From the NCBI RefSeq assembly GCF_009914755.1, contig NC_060930.1: a stretch of DNA of 64,000 nt, one strand, 5' to 3'. Below the pieces are notes generated by a model, which did no database searches, had not been told where the DNA came from, and was given only the letters and a program-made list of their open reading frames with translations. Shown here one piece after another: positions 51,561-64,000 of this stretch (within the stretch, counting starts at the first letter, position 1; every line of letters starts with the position of its first letter). Source of the DNA: the human T2T-CHM13v2.0 reference genome, Homo sapiens. A program made the translations under genes and the position numbers.

Positions 51561-53339
51561 AAATAAAAATAACCATCAAAAATTACTGGGTACACCTCTA
51601 CACGCACAAACTAGAAAACCTAGAAGAGATGGATAAATTCCTGGACACATACATCCTCTCAAGACTGAGCCAGGAAGAAACTGGTTCCCTGAATAGACCA
51701 ATAACAAGCTCCAAAATTGAATCAGTAATCAATAACCGACCAACCAAAAAATGCTTAAGACATGACAGATTCACAGCTGAACTCTATCAGATGCACAAAA
51801 AAGAGCTGGTGCCATTCCTAGAGAAACTATTCCTAATGATTGAGGAGGAAGGACTCCACCTCAACTCATTCTATGAGGCCAGCATCATCTTGATACTAAC
51901 ATCTGGTAGACACACAGCAATAATAATTTTAAAAAAACCTTCATACCAATATCCTCGATGAACATTGATGCAAAAATCCTCAACAAAATACTTGCAAACT
52001 GAATCCAGCAGCATATCCAAAAGCTAATCCACCATGATCAAGTAGGCTTCATCCCCAGGATTCGAGGTTGGTTTAACATATGCAAATTAATAAATGCGGT
52101 TCATCACAGAAAGATAAATAAGACAAAACCACATGCTTATCTCAATGGATACAGAAAATGCTTTTGAAAAAATTCAACACCTCTTCATGTTAAAAACTCT
52201 CAGTAAACTAGGTATTGAAGGAACATACCTCAAAATAATAAGAGCCATCTATGACAAACCCATAGCCAACATTATATTGAATGGGGAAAAGCTGGAACCA
52301 TTCCCCTTGAAAACTGGCACAAGACAAGGATGCCCTCTCTCACCACTTCTATTCTACATAGTATTGGATGTCCTAACCAGAAAAATCAGTCAGGAGAAAG
52401 AAATAAAGGGCATCCAAATAGGAAAAGAGGAAGTCGAATTATCTCTGTTTTCAGACAACTTGATTGTGTATCTAGAAAACTCCATTGTCTCAGCCCAAAA
52501 GCCCCTCCATCTGATAAACAATTTCAGCAAAGTTGCAGGATACAAAATCAATGTACAAAAATCACTACCATTTCTATACGCCAACAATGGCCAAACCAAG
52601 AGCCAAATCAGAAAGGCAACCACATTCACAATTGCCACAAAAAGAATAAAATACCTAGGAATGCAGCTAACCAGGGAGGTGAAAGATCTCTACAATGAGC
52701 ATTACAAAACACCACTCAAAGAAATCAGAGAATACACACACAAATGGAAAAATATCCCATGATCATGGATAGGAAGAATCAGTATCATTAAAATGGCTAT
52801 ACTGCCCAGAACAATTTATATATTAAATACTATTCCTGTCAAACTACTATTGACATTCTTCACAGAACTAGAAAAAGCTATTTTAAACTTCATATGGAAC
52901 TAAAAAAGAGCTCCAATAGCCAAGGTAATCCTAAGCAAAAAGAACAAAGCTGGAGACATCACATTACCCGACTTCAAACTATACTACAAAGCTTACCAAA
53001 ACAGCATGGTACTGGTACAAAAACAGACACATAGACCGATGGAACACAATAGAGAGCCCAGAAATAAGGCCATACACCTGTGACCATCTGATCTTCAACA
53101 AAGCTGACAAAAACAAGCAATGGGGAAAAGACTCACTATTCCATAAATGGTTCTGGGATAACTGGCTAGCCATATGCGGAAGATAGAAGCTGAACCCTTT
53201 CCTTACACCATACAAAAAAATCAACTCGAGATGGATTAAAGGCATAAATGCAAAACTCAAAACTATAAAAACTCTGGAAGACAACCTAGGCAATACCATC
53301 CTGGACATAGGAAAGGCAAAGATTTCATGACAAAGTTAT

Positions 53340-54420
53340 TAAGTAGTCCATCCTTTCTTCCTTCCCACTCTCATATCCCAAGTATCCACGTGTATATGAA
53401 TCTCTTTCTGGCCGTTTTGGTTCATTAATCTATTTGTCTACTCCAGCAATAATACTACTTTATTTACCCTACCTTTGTAATAAAGTTTAATATCTGATAG
53501 GTTAAGTCCAACTCATTTGACTTACTTTTCAGGATTGTTTTGATTAGCCTTCCATATTTAGTATGGTCAAAATGTCAGATTCAGTTTATCAATTATTATG
53601 AAAAGTCTCATGGGGCTATTGAATGAAACTACATTTATTTTATGTATTAATTTGGGAAAAAAGCAGCATTTTTATTATAATGTGTCTTTCTTTCAATGGT
53701 ATCTCACCATTTATTGGTGTCTAATGTCCTTCAATAACATTTCATATTTTTTTCTGAAATGTATTCTTCTTGTTAAGTGTACTTCTTGTTACTTCAATGT
53801 CTTTGTTGCTATTGTAAATAGTATTTTCTTAAGAGTAATTGCCCAGGTATATGGAAGCCATTTATTTTTCTACATTGATTTCATATCAGATCCACTTCCA
53901 GACTAACTCACGTACTTCTAATAGTCATTCATTATGTGTTTTCCAGCTAAACAATATATTATCTATAAATAACCATGGTTTTTCTGTTTTTTAATCATCA
54001 TACCTTTCACTTCTTATTTTTGACTTGTTGCCTTCATCTAATACAATTGGAATATTAGCTGTGACAGCCAGCTTCCTTGTGTTATTCCTTGCTTTACTTG
54101 TAATGCTTCTAAGTTTCAACTTTAAGTACAATCTTTGCTAGATAAATCTGGTAAATAACCTTCATCAGGCTAGGGATAGTTTCTTCTATCCCTAGCTTGC
54201 TATTTTGTGTATGTATGTGTATGTGTGTATTTTAATCATGCACAGGTATTGAATTTTGAATTTCTAATTAGTTTTTTCTTTTAGCTGCTTGTAATTTGTT
54301 TCCTGGGTGCAATATTTTCCCTAATCTTTCTGATAACAGCATCAGATTCATTGTAAGCAATGTGTTCTTAATGCCTTATTAGCTGTTTTTTCAGACTAGG
54401 TTTTGCATTTGTCTTCCTTT
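53340..54420 (-). mobile_element. Ancient L1ME-type relic
   Basis: Degenerate antisense ORF2 text (TAGTCCATCCTTTC, TTGTTGCTATTGTAAATAGTATTTT, GCTTCCTTGTGTTATTCCT). Confidence 0.65.
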
Positions 54421-54423
54421 TGT

Positions 54424-54533
54424 TGCTCTTCTGTGTGTGGATTTGAATTTTTTTAAAAAAATAAATTGTGTTTTGTTGTCTTCCTAAGGCAGCAAGTTCA
54501 TTTCCTTATGAATATTATCAGCTATCATTTCTG
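54424..54533 (+). repeat. ~105-bp dispersed duplicate, copy 1
   Basis: Direct repeat of 56839-56944; 5 substitutions and 3 small indels by eye. Confidence 0.93.
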
Positions 54534-54828
54534 TAGTCTCTCATTCTTGACCCTGAGTTCATCTCTCTGCTGTGATTTCCACAGATGGACAGCTGCCTCT
54601 CTATAAGACGACTGCCTTGGGGGAAAAGGCAAGGGGAATGGGGCTCCACAGGGCTTTACAGGAGCGTAAGGAGAGGGCAGGATGCCCCTAATGGGATGTC
54701 TTGGCAACTGGCCTTCTGGGCTTAACAGTTCCTGTTCCTCCACCTGTCACCAAGGGCTTGGCTGTCTGTTCCAAAGAATTGCTTCTTCTGGAAACAGATA
54801 CTCCTATCAGAGCTTCCTAGTCCTAAAA

Positions 54829-54859
54829 TAGAGAGAGAGAGAGACAGAGAGAGAGAGAG
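54829..54859. repeat. (GA)n microsatellite
   Basis: AGAGAGAGAGAGAGACAGAGAGAGAGAGAGA. Confidence 0.9.
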
Positions 54860-56838
54860 ATTGACTGAGGGACTGATTTTAAGGGGTTCACCAGCCAAGT
54901 AGATTTTACGATAATCCAATTAAATCCCTCCTTATTGCCTCTTGGCTTTATCCAGCCGCTGATTTTGTTCTCACTCTTTGTGGTGTCACTCTCCCCTAGA
55001 CTTCTGCACATGTTTGGGGTTGCTTTTCTTCTCTTTAGAATCTGATCCAATTTGTTTTAAGTAATTTAGAGATTCATCACGATTTTTGAAAACGTTTCAT
55101 CTTTTAAGGGAGAGAGTGTGACTATGTATTTGTTTTTATATCTATACATATACATATATATATACACAGACACACACAAATATGTATGCATACATACTTT
55201 CATTTCTAGAGTTTATTGTAGCGTATTAGGGTTCAATGTGTGCTCAGCCTACTATTTGGAAATCAGATCATTCTGTCTTTAAATCAGAAGTATTTGTACA
55301 CTGGGAAATTTTCCTAAACTTGAATCTGATGTCTTGAATAACACAAGGCATTGATTACATACATTGGAAAAGCAGCATCAAATATGATTTTATCAACTCT
55401 GATTTCATCTCAGAAGGGCCTCCTTCAATCTAAATACAGGGGGGTAGGTGTTGACCAATATGAAAGCAATCTGCAAATGGTTGCATTTTGGTCTCATTAA
55501 CTCCCTTTATTAGATCTGTGACCTTGAATAAGGTATTCAGTATCTCTGACCCTCAGTTGTGTTATTGCGAAGGTCAGGTAAAAAAAAAATGTACGTGAAG
55601 GTAGTTTATAATCAGCTAAACACTGTGCATGAAAATGATCATTGCTGGCATTACCCTGTTATCTTTGATTTCTCATCTGTCACACCTCAATTTTCAAGTT
55701 GTTCACATGTTTGTCAATATATGTTGCCTATTTATATAGAAATTTACTTGATGGAAATATTGGTAAATTATTCCTGAAAGCTGAAAACACATCGTTTTGA
55801 ATATACAATTCATGTTGACTGAGAGAATATAGTGCTGTGGTTCTTAGTATGGATTTTAGAGTCAGGTAGATGTGGGCTCTAATCCTCGTTTGTTTATTTC
55901 CTAAATCCTTTCTTGAGACAATCACAACTCCTTGGCAGTTATGCAACATGAGGAGTCCTTCATGCTGTTATTCTTGCAATTACTTCAGATGACTTGCAGG
56001 ATTAGGAGACCATCTCTGTGTCTCATTAAAATCCTGTGTTTGAAAGGTGCAACTAAGAATGTCTCATAGAAGATTGTTGGCATATCCTGACAAGAGGACG
56101 TTCCTGGATTTCTATTGCTCAACATGTCAATCTTTTATTGAATCAATCATTCAATCTCGCTAAATTGCTAGTGCAGCTTCCCATCTTCCTATCCAAACTT
56201 ACTGAGAATTTACTGGACCAAAAAATATATATCCTAGATTTCTGCTCTGTATGCACCAATGTTTTAGGGTTATTTCGTGTTAGTCTTTATAGGAAACTAT
56301 AGAGTTGAGTCTTGCCTCAGTTGAGGTCATGAGGCCTGCATATAATGAGGCTCATGTGGCAACATCACATTGATCAACCAAAGTCATTTTCCAGAGGGGA
56401 TCGCAAACACATCACCTACCGATTGCTAGTGTTATAGGGTTCTGTTTAGTATGTTTCATTCTGAGTGTTTGTTTATTTGTCTATACTTCCTAGAAATTTC
56501 CAGGAATATAATGTCAGGACACAATAATTTACTCTTTGCAAACAGTGAAATCACTAGGGTATTCTAAGCTTGAGAAGGACGATAGATCTAGATGATCAGG
56601 ATTCTTCTAGCACTGAAAATCTATAATTCTATATGAATTCTTGCAAATTTCACACAACAGGATGTCTGTCCCTCTACTAATTCAACAATAACATCAGTTA
56701 AGAGAAAAGGATTGTGTGTGACAAGATATCTCTTTGGTACTCCTTGTACTTTACAGACAAAGAAGATAATTTGGCACTGAGTAATTTTGAAGAAGTAAAG
56801 GTTAATTTATTAAAAAATTCACTTTGTTGTCATCTCAC

Positions 56839-56944
56839 TGCTCTTCTGTGTGGATTTGAATTTTTTAAAAAAGAAGTTATGTTTTGTTGTCTTCCTAAGA
56901 CAGCAAGTTCATTTCCTTATGAATATTATCAGCTATCATATCTG
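56839..56944 (+). repeat. ~105-bp dispersed duplicate, copy 2
   Basis: Shares a perfect 39-mer CAGCAAGTTCATTTCCTTATGAATATTATCAGCTATCAT with copy 1. Confidence 0.93.
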
Positions 56945-59309
56945 CTAAGGGTCATTAAATACAAGCAGGGCTTACCACACAAGGACCTGGAGCATCAACT
57001 AACCCCTGCACTTGCTATGCATTACCAGAGGCAAACTCATGACATTCTGACTCCAGTAATGGAACTTGTCATTCAAAGAAGAAACAAACAATATAATTAT
57101 TAATCATCAGGCACCTATAGTTTGAAACCTTGATAATTGAATTCTTGTTAATGAGAAGTAAAATATAAGATAAATGATCCACAAATTTAATCTGGAGCTT
57201 AAATGGTCTCCATTGCTCCCTGGATAGCCATGCGGTTCCGTGGCATATTGGCAAGAGCATGGAACGTAGTGAGGTCATACTACCCAGTAGCTGTGTAACC
57301 TTATAGAAAGACACATATCCGAACCTGTCAGATGAAGATACCATCCCTCCAAAGTGCTTCATTAAGATTCTTATATCAGTTGAAAATTAGACATGAGATC
57401 ACTTTGGAAATGACTATTAAAATAGCCTCATATTAATCTCATTACAAGCTTTCAGAGCAATTCAGAAAGTGTATTGCTCTCTAATACCAGAGAAACCCCC
57501 ACATAAACCTCATCATGGACTGAGATGCTTGTGTTTAGCTGTAAACTCTCAAACTTGTGATGCTTTAATTACATCCTTATGATGAAAGCTCTTGAAATAA
57601 TACATTTTGTTTCCAGAAATTGATTTGGTAGGAAACATATCTCTACAATTTTTCTGTATCTTTCCTTTTCATATACTGCTCATTGAACATGCATTCATTC
57701 ATCCTGTTATTTGTCAACCAAACACTTTCTGAGCTCTGCTTTTTACCAAGCCCATGCAAAGTGCTGGAGATACAAAGTCTTACAAGACAGAACCCTTGTC
57801 CTCAGAGAACTTGCTGTTGTGTTCGTTAGGCTGTTTTATGTTTTATATTTCCTAGGGAATAGAAACACACATGGACACCAAGAACAGCTGAAAGGCAGGC
57901 TTTGTTCTGATAAGTATGTTGTCTGCATACTCTAAGAGTCCAGCACAGCTCACAGGCCAGCATACACCTTTGTCACTGAGCAAAAAGTGTTTGCTGCTTC
58001 TCCACTACTATGATGATGGGACCCTTTACCATCTTGTTTTTATTATAACTGCCACACTTAACCAATTGCCCACACTCTTTTCTCTGGCTCTTAGATTCTA
58101 CTCAGAAATTTATCTGAGCATAACCCTACCCTATGCATCTTTTCAGCTTCTATTCACACTACCAACTAAACAACTTTTTCTTAGCTCACAGTCAAATAAC
58201 TAAGAAAGAGAATGTGTTTCATGCTTCATTTCCTCAATTCAGAAAACCATTTTCTAAATGTAATATTCAGCCGGCTCCTAGCCTGGGACATGCAAGAAGA
58301 TGAAATTCATTTTGCAATGGTTATGTAGTTATTTTGTTTCCTTATCTGCCATTAGTTGAGCAACCCTGGACAGAGCTTGTAAATTTATATTTGAAGGCAC
58401 ATAACTGAGAGAAGCAACCATCCAACTCCTTTGTCTTTATATTTCTATGCCCCTTGACATCTCTCAAACACAGGAGCAATCAAATCATGCAAAGTGCTTC
58501 TTTCAAAAGGAATGTGTTTGAAATCATAGCAAAAGCTTAAGTTGCTACTGCAAACCATGGGATCTTGCCATCCACAGTGAGATTTGAGCTGGAGTCTTGG
58601 AGTGCCCCATTCAGTCTACGTGCACAACCAAATGTCACACATCTCACATTCCCCAAGAGGTTGTTATGAGCAATCCAGTGTCCTGGTTTTCTGGATGCAA
58701 GGAACATAGATTCATTCAAGTTTTTTCAATTAATAAGGGTTTGTAGTAAGTCTATCTGTGGTAATAGGAGACGGTATCAGGAAAAGACAGTACTCCTGGT
58801 AACAGGAATCCCACTGCGGGCCCCACAAAAGTGGAACTCAAAGTCAGTCAGTGCCCAAGGCTTCTCTAGGACCAGGTCAACTTATCTCTCCCACAGCAGC
58901 TTCAATGCATGGGTCCTACTGGACGCTCTGCCATTAGTACAACCCATCTACTGCATTCCCACGTCCTTGCCTGTGGTTCTTCCTGCTTCTCCTTCTGCTG
59001 CTTACCATATGATTCATTCATATCTTGGAAAGTAGCTTTTCCTTTAAGGCTACTTCATAGGTCAGTGAACAGTTTATGGAAAGGTTGCCCTGGGATGGGA
59101 CATACAGTAGCTGAGTCCGAAGCTGAGTGGTGGTGAAAACAGAGCTGTCCGATCCTGAACCCAGGGCTGCTTTTCTCTGCAAGGGAGTGAGCATGGCAGC
59201 ATCCCTTAGAAACTGGCATGCTGTGTCCTGACCCACCCACCACTGTTTCTCTCTCCTGGACCACAGTAGTAGCAGATCATCTCCTGCTTCTGTTCTCTTC
59301 TCCCTATAT

Positions 59310-59875
59310 CCCTTTCCTCACCCAGCAGCCACTGTAACACACTTAAAACCCAGCTCAAATCATCTCATTCTTTTGCTGAAAATACTTCATCTGAATAAAA
59401 TCTAAACTTAAATGTATACAGGATACCACATCATCTGTTCCAAGGCTACTTCTTTTCTCCCACCATTCTGCCCTTCTCTTGCTCTTTTCCAGCCACACCA
59501 GCTACCTTGCTGCTCCTTAGGACACACAGCCCCCTCCTCATGATCCTTTCACACATAGTTTCCATGCCCTGGCCTGTTCCTGTCTCAGATATACATGTGC
59601 CTACTCCCTTATTTCACTTGGGGCTTCTCTCAGAAAAGCCTTATCTGAGTCTTTATCTAAATTACTATTCTTCTACCTATCACTATCTCCCTGACTTCCT
59701 TATATTGTATAATTACTTCTTTATTTATTGGTTACCTTTTCCACTAGAATTTAAGTTCCATGATAACAGGGAAATTATTAGTTTTATTTACTTATATATT
59801 AGTATTTACAACAATGCTTAGTACATAGTAGGTGCTCAATAAAGATTTGTCAAATAAATGTGCAAATGAATGAAT
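59310..59875 (+). mobile_element. L2 (L2a-like) 3' portion
   Basis: TCCAGCCACACCAGCTACCTTGCTGCTCCT...CCACTAGAATTTAAGTTCCATGA...CATAGTAGGTGCTCAATAAAGATTTGTCAAATAAATG. Confidence 0.85.
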
Positions 59876-60149
59876 TTTAATTCATGATATTGTGGGCATG
59901 AATGGACTGTAATTGATGTGTCTAGAACAAGGCTATTGGAGGAGATGGATGAGCAATCTTAAAGAGAGTAATAAGCTCTAAGATCTAGGCAGGCAAACAG
60001 TTCTATCACGTAAACTTCAGGCAGTTGTGAATGGCTTGACTCTCTTTTTGAGACCTGGAGGCTAGAGAAAGGGAATTATTTCTGGAAGAATGTGGACAGT
60101 TCAGAAGGGAAGAAAAAATATTGCATGTTGGCAGCATGTTGGCAGCAAC

Positions 60150-60600
60150 TCCTAATCATGATGCCTTTAGCTGCAAATAATAGAGAATCTGAATTTGGGT
60201 TGGTTTAAGCAATAAGGAAATTTATCAGCTCTTCTGGAATTAAGTAAGTAGGGCAAGCTCTAAGAGCAACTCATAAGGCCTCCAGTGATGCTTTTCTGAA
60301 GTTCTTCTGACTCAGCCCTCCTCCCTCTATTGGTTTTATCCTCATACTTGTAGCAAGATGGCTTCAGAAGGTCCAGATGCCATGTCCAGACACAGAAATG
60401 TCCAGAAGCAGAATGAAGCCATTTTTTCCTTGAGTCTATTTATTATGAAATAATTCCTAGGGCACCATAATCAAATGTTTTCTTACATCCCATTGGCCCA
60501 AGCCGATTCACTTAACCTTTCCTAAATAATCACTGGAAAAGAGGATGGAGGCTTTAGCATGACTACCATGATTTGCTTTGACAAATCACCTTGGGAAAAG
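60150..60600 (-). mobile_element. Old MLT1 (J/K-like) LTR relic
   Basis: CTTTAGCTGCAAATAATAGAGAA...TTTAAGCAATAAGGAAATTTAT...CAAGATGGCT...CCCATTGGCC...TAATCACTGG. Confidence 0.65.
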
Positions 60601-60689
60601 ACCTTTAGGGAGTCAATCACCATTAACACTGGAGCTGGGTGTATGGGGAGGAAAGATGTGGAGAGATGTGAGACTAGAAAGGAAGCAGG

Positions 60690-61830
60690 AATCAGTCTTT
60701 CATGTTATGCTATGGAGTTTGAACATTGCCATAAAGGCTACTGGTGAACAATGACAATTGCAAGCAAGGAAATTGTAGAATCAGTTTCCCGGTGTTTAGA
60801 GATCATTAAAATGACATTATAGAGAATAGAAAGACTGAAAACAAGGGAAGCAATTGTGATCACTGTAGCAATACAAGAGAGAAACATAGAGTTTGAATTA
60901 AGATAATGGTACTGAGAATAGATTTGGAAAATTCAAAGAGACACCAGAATGCTGGACTTACTCAGCAGGGTCTGGTGACTGAATGGATGTCAGGGCAAGG
61001 GAAGGGAAGGGATTATTTATGATGAGCCAAGGTTTCTGCCTTCGGTAACTGGATGGAGGGTGGAATAATGTACAGAAATAGGAAATGAGGGGGAAAGGGA
61101 TGTGATGGGAACTCAGTGATTATTGTAGTTGATGTTCTCAGATGGAAATGTATGAAGGGTAGTTGGAGATGAATATTTGGAGTTCGAGGAAGCCTTTATT
61201 TCCTGATGATGCAGTCAGTGACAGTTACAGTGTTGGGTGTGTGAATGATGCAAGAAGCATCTGGAGCAGCCCCACCCCTCAAAAAGCTTACAACTTTATT
61301 GACTATTTTAGGAAATAGTCACATGATTCCACAGGGGCGCTTAAAGAAGTTAGAAGGAGATACCTTTTTGAGTTATGGCAACCAGACAATTTAAGTGAGT
61401 CTTGAATGATAGAGTTTTGATCAGTGAAACAGAAAGGCCCTGCTAAGCACGAGGACTGGGAATAGCCCAGACGTGATCTAGGAAGGAATCTAAACTAGGA
61501 GCATTAGAACCAGCAAAAAAAAAAAAAAAAAAGAAAAAGAAAGAAAGAAAGAAAGAAAAAAAAGGACTGGAGAGAGGCCCACAATGTTTTGATAAAATAG
61601 TTAATATGCTTTTGTGACTAATTGGATGGGAGCACGAAGGATGACTTCCAAATATTGAATTTTGGGGGAGGAGATAACTGAAAGAAAAAAATAAGAAAAT
61701 TAGTGCAACGAGTTGCTTGAGGTTGTGAGGCATGAAAAGAGAATGTCCATTTTAGACATATCGAATTTCAGACAAGTCAGTGTATGGACTAGAAATGTAG
61801 AAGGATTAGAGCCAGAGGTGAGGCTGTAGG
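60690..61830 (-). mobile_element. L2 fragments
   Basis: Purine-rich antisense L2 text (GGTGACTGAATGGATGT...CCAAGGTTTCTG...GGTAACTGGATGGAGGGTGG) in two blocks. Confidence 0.6.
61515..61563. repeat. Poly(A)/(AAAG)n microsatellite
   Basis: A18 followed by GAAA repeats. Confidence 0.9.
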
Positions 61831-61967
61831 GGTTCCTGTGCACATCTGGTTGTGGTGTCCCCTGGAATTGTGCAGCGCTGTGGCACGCGTTAGAGGTATT
61901 TAAGTTGTAATTGTTGAAGATGTTTTTCTCAGCTGGATTTGAACAAATGACCAGTTAGATAAAAATT

Positions 61968-62530
61968 ATTTCTCAAAGAACTAAAAGTCGATCTACCATT
62001 TGATCCAACAATCCCACTACTGGGTAACTACCCAAAGGGAAAGAAGTCACAACATAAAATAGACACCTACATGCATATATCATGGCACAATTCACAGTTG
62101 CAAAGATACCGAACCAACCTAAGTGCCTATCAACTGATACGTGGATAAAGAAAATGTGGTATATATACACCATGGAATACTACTCAGCCATTAAAGAGAA
62201 CAAAATAATACCTTTTGCAGCAACTTGGATGGAGCTGGAGGCCATTATTCTAAGTGAGGTAACTCAGGAGTGGAAAACCATATACTATGTTCTTATTTGT
62301 AAGTAGAAGCTAAGCTCTGTGTACACAAAGGCATACAGAGTGGTAAGATAGACATTGGAGACTCAGAAGAGGGGAGAGTGGAATGACAGTAAGGGATAAA
62401 AAGACTGCATACTGGAAATGCTGTACACTACGTGGGTGATGGGTGCACTAAAATCTCAGATGTCAGCATTACACAATTATCCATGGACCAAAAACCTCTT
62501 GTGCCGCTAAAACTATTGAAATTAAATACA
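61968..62530 (+). mobile_element. L1PB (PB2/3-like) 3' end
   Basis: ORF2 C-terminus (WIKKMWYIYTMEYYSAIK...FAATWMELEAIILSEVTQEWK) and L1PB 3'UTR (GGGTGATGGGTGCACTAAAATCTCAGA...CTATTGAAATTAAA). Confidence 0.9.
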
Positions 62531-64000
62531 TAAACGTACCTGAATTCTAATTTCCTATGAATTTCCCCAAAAATGTTCATTAAAATATTTAAGGATTTCT
62601 TATATGAGAGAGACAGACTCAGGGACAGGGAATGGAAGAGAAAAGCTACTATGAACGTAAAAGAGCCAGAAAAAGAAAATAGCTACTTCCAGATGATGAT
62701 TAATGTGGAAGAATACAGTATTTGATATACACTACATCAATCTTCTATGAAACAGACAAAAAACAATATTTTAACTCCATGAATATGGGGATTATGCTAC
62801 ATAAGAATCATCTCTGACAGCAAAAAATCCAGACACTTTGAGTATGCAGCTCACTTGGTGCAGCAACTACCCATGCCTTGTGCAATTATGCACTTAATAA
62901 CACTTTTGGACAGTAATACTAGAAGGCAGGTGTCATGCCTGTTCAACTCACTTAGTCTATAAGCAAGTAGATAAATAAAAGACTTGATGAGGAAGAAAAG
63001 AATGAGAAGATAAGGAAAATGTGTGGGCTTAAGAGAATCAGGATTTAACTACTGTCTGCATATTTATAAACATCTAATCATACACACATGTACATACATC
63101 GAATCATATGATCAATTCTTTAATTAAGTTTAGCAGCCTACAGTTCAGCTGTGATTTACAAGGTAGTAGAAAATATCCATGACATTTCAGAGGAAATTCC
63201 ATTTATAATGAGCAAAAGAAAATAAATGTTATCCTATAAATCATTGCAGTAACAGGGACTAAATTCTGTTGCAGAGTTATGTGAGGACAGAATCTTAATC
63301 AATAATTTCTATATTAATGATTCTAGCAACCTTCAGCAGAAAAGTGGAAGATTTTGTAGCATGCTGCATTCTCTGTCAATCTACACAAGCTTAATGTAAA
63401 TACTACATATGTAGTAACTACATAATGTAATAGCTACATATATCACAAATACAAACAAACACATATTCATGCAAGGTACATTGAAGTAAATAAAGTTATG
63501 TTGAGAGAAAATACTGATGCAGATGTAGTAATTGATTAGTAGAAGGCTTCATTTATATAGATTGTATGAACCATGAGGTCGGGAACCATGTGTGTTTATA
63601 TACCACTGTATTAGCACATAATACTGAACCTGCTGCAAAGCAAGGACTCAGCAAATACATGAATTAAACACAAATTGCCTTAGGAACTATGTCATTACCA
63701 AATAAAATGTAGTTGTTTTTGATTAATTTTAAAACCTAAATGTGAAAGCAAGACAAATTTGTACATCACATTGAGAAGCTTATTCATTTAATTGTCATTC
63801 ATTCATGCTTCACTCTGAAAAGTAATGTCTTTAAGAAAACACACAAACAGGAAAAGATACATGAAGAAGTTGAGACAAAAAGAAAAAAATGCGAATAGAT
63901 AATAGAATAAGGGCAGAGGGCATAACGTGTATATGCCATAGAATTCTGGACACCTGCCAAGGGCACAAATAGGATTTGAGTGTCTTAAAAAACAATGGAA

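Noticed and set aside
54424-56944. Direct repeats as the two LTRs of a small retroelement
   Set aside because: No TG...CA pair, TSD, PBS or PPT; the interior is ordinary unique and MIR-like DNA.
60123-60147. GCATGTTGGCA x2 as a p53 response element
   Set aside because: The CATG cores lack RRR/YYY flanks; a simple 11-bp tandem duplication suffices.
61515-61563. Orphan poly(A) as the tail of a processed pseudogene
   Set aside because: No upstream AATAAA, ORF or TSD is visible; treated as a microsatellite.

Overview
Primate genomic DNA, almost certainly human because it carries an AluYa5 with all five diagnostic positions. It is AT-rich, CpG-poor and repeat-dense, with no CpG island and no recognisable host protein-coding exon, RNA gene or CRISPR array, so it reads as intergenic or deep intronic. 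I cannot name the locus. The long ORFs in the track that I can assign are broken LINE-1 ORF1/ORF2 pieces or Alu-derived frames. Content: 12 Alus (J, S, Y, Ya5); LINE-1s of many ages, including a 4.4-kb L1PA4-like copy nested in an L1PA13-16-type element (43.1-53.3 kb) and an internally deleted, tail-less L1PB inside an MST LTR; several solo LTRs (THE1/MST, LTR1/27/28 group, MER74-like, another ERV1-like LTR); MER20, MER81, MER5; and MIR/L2/L3 relics. I find no evidence of a new multi-gene system. The most unusual signals are structural: a duplicated-plus-inverted ~300-bp fold-back at 3.7-4.0 kb, a ~105-bp non-TE duplicate 2.4 kb apart (54.4/56.8 kb), a probable Alu 3' transduction, a TSD-flanked L1 with no 3' end, small templated-insertion scars, and a few candidate spliced exons and enhancers. 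Subfamily names come from recalled consensus sequences, not from a run of RepeatMasker.
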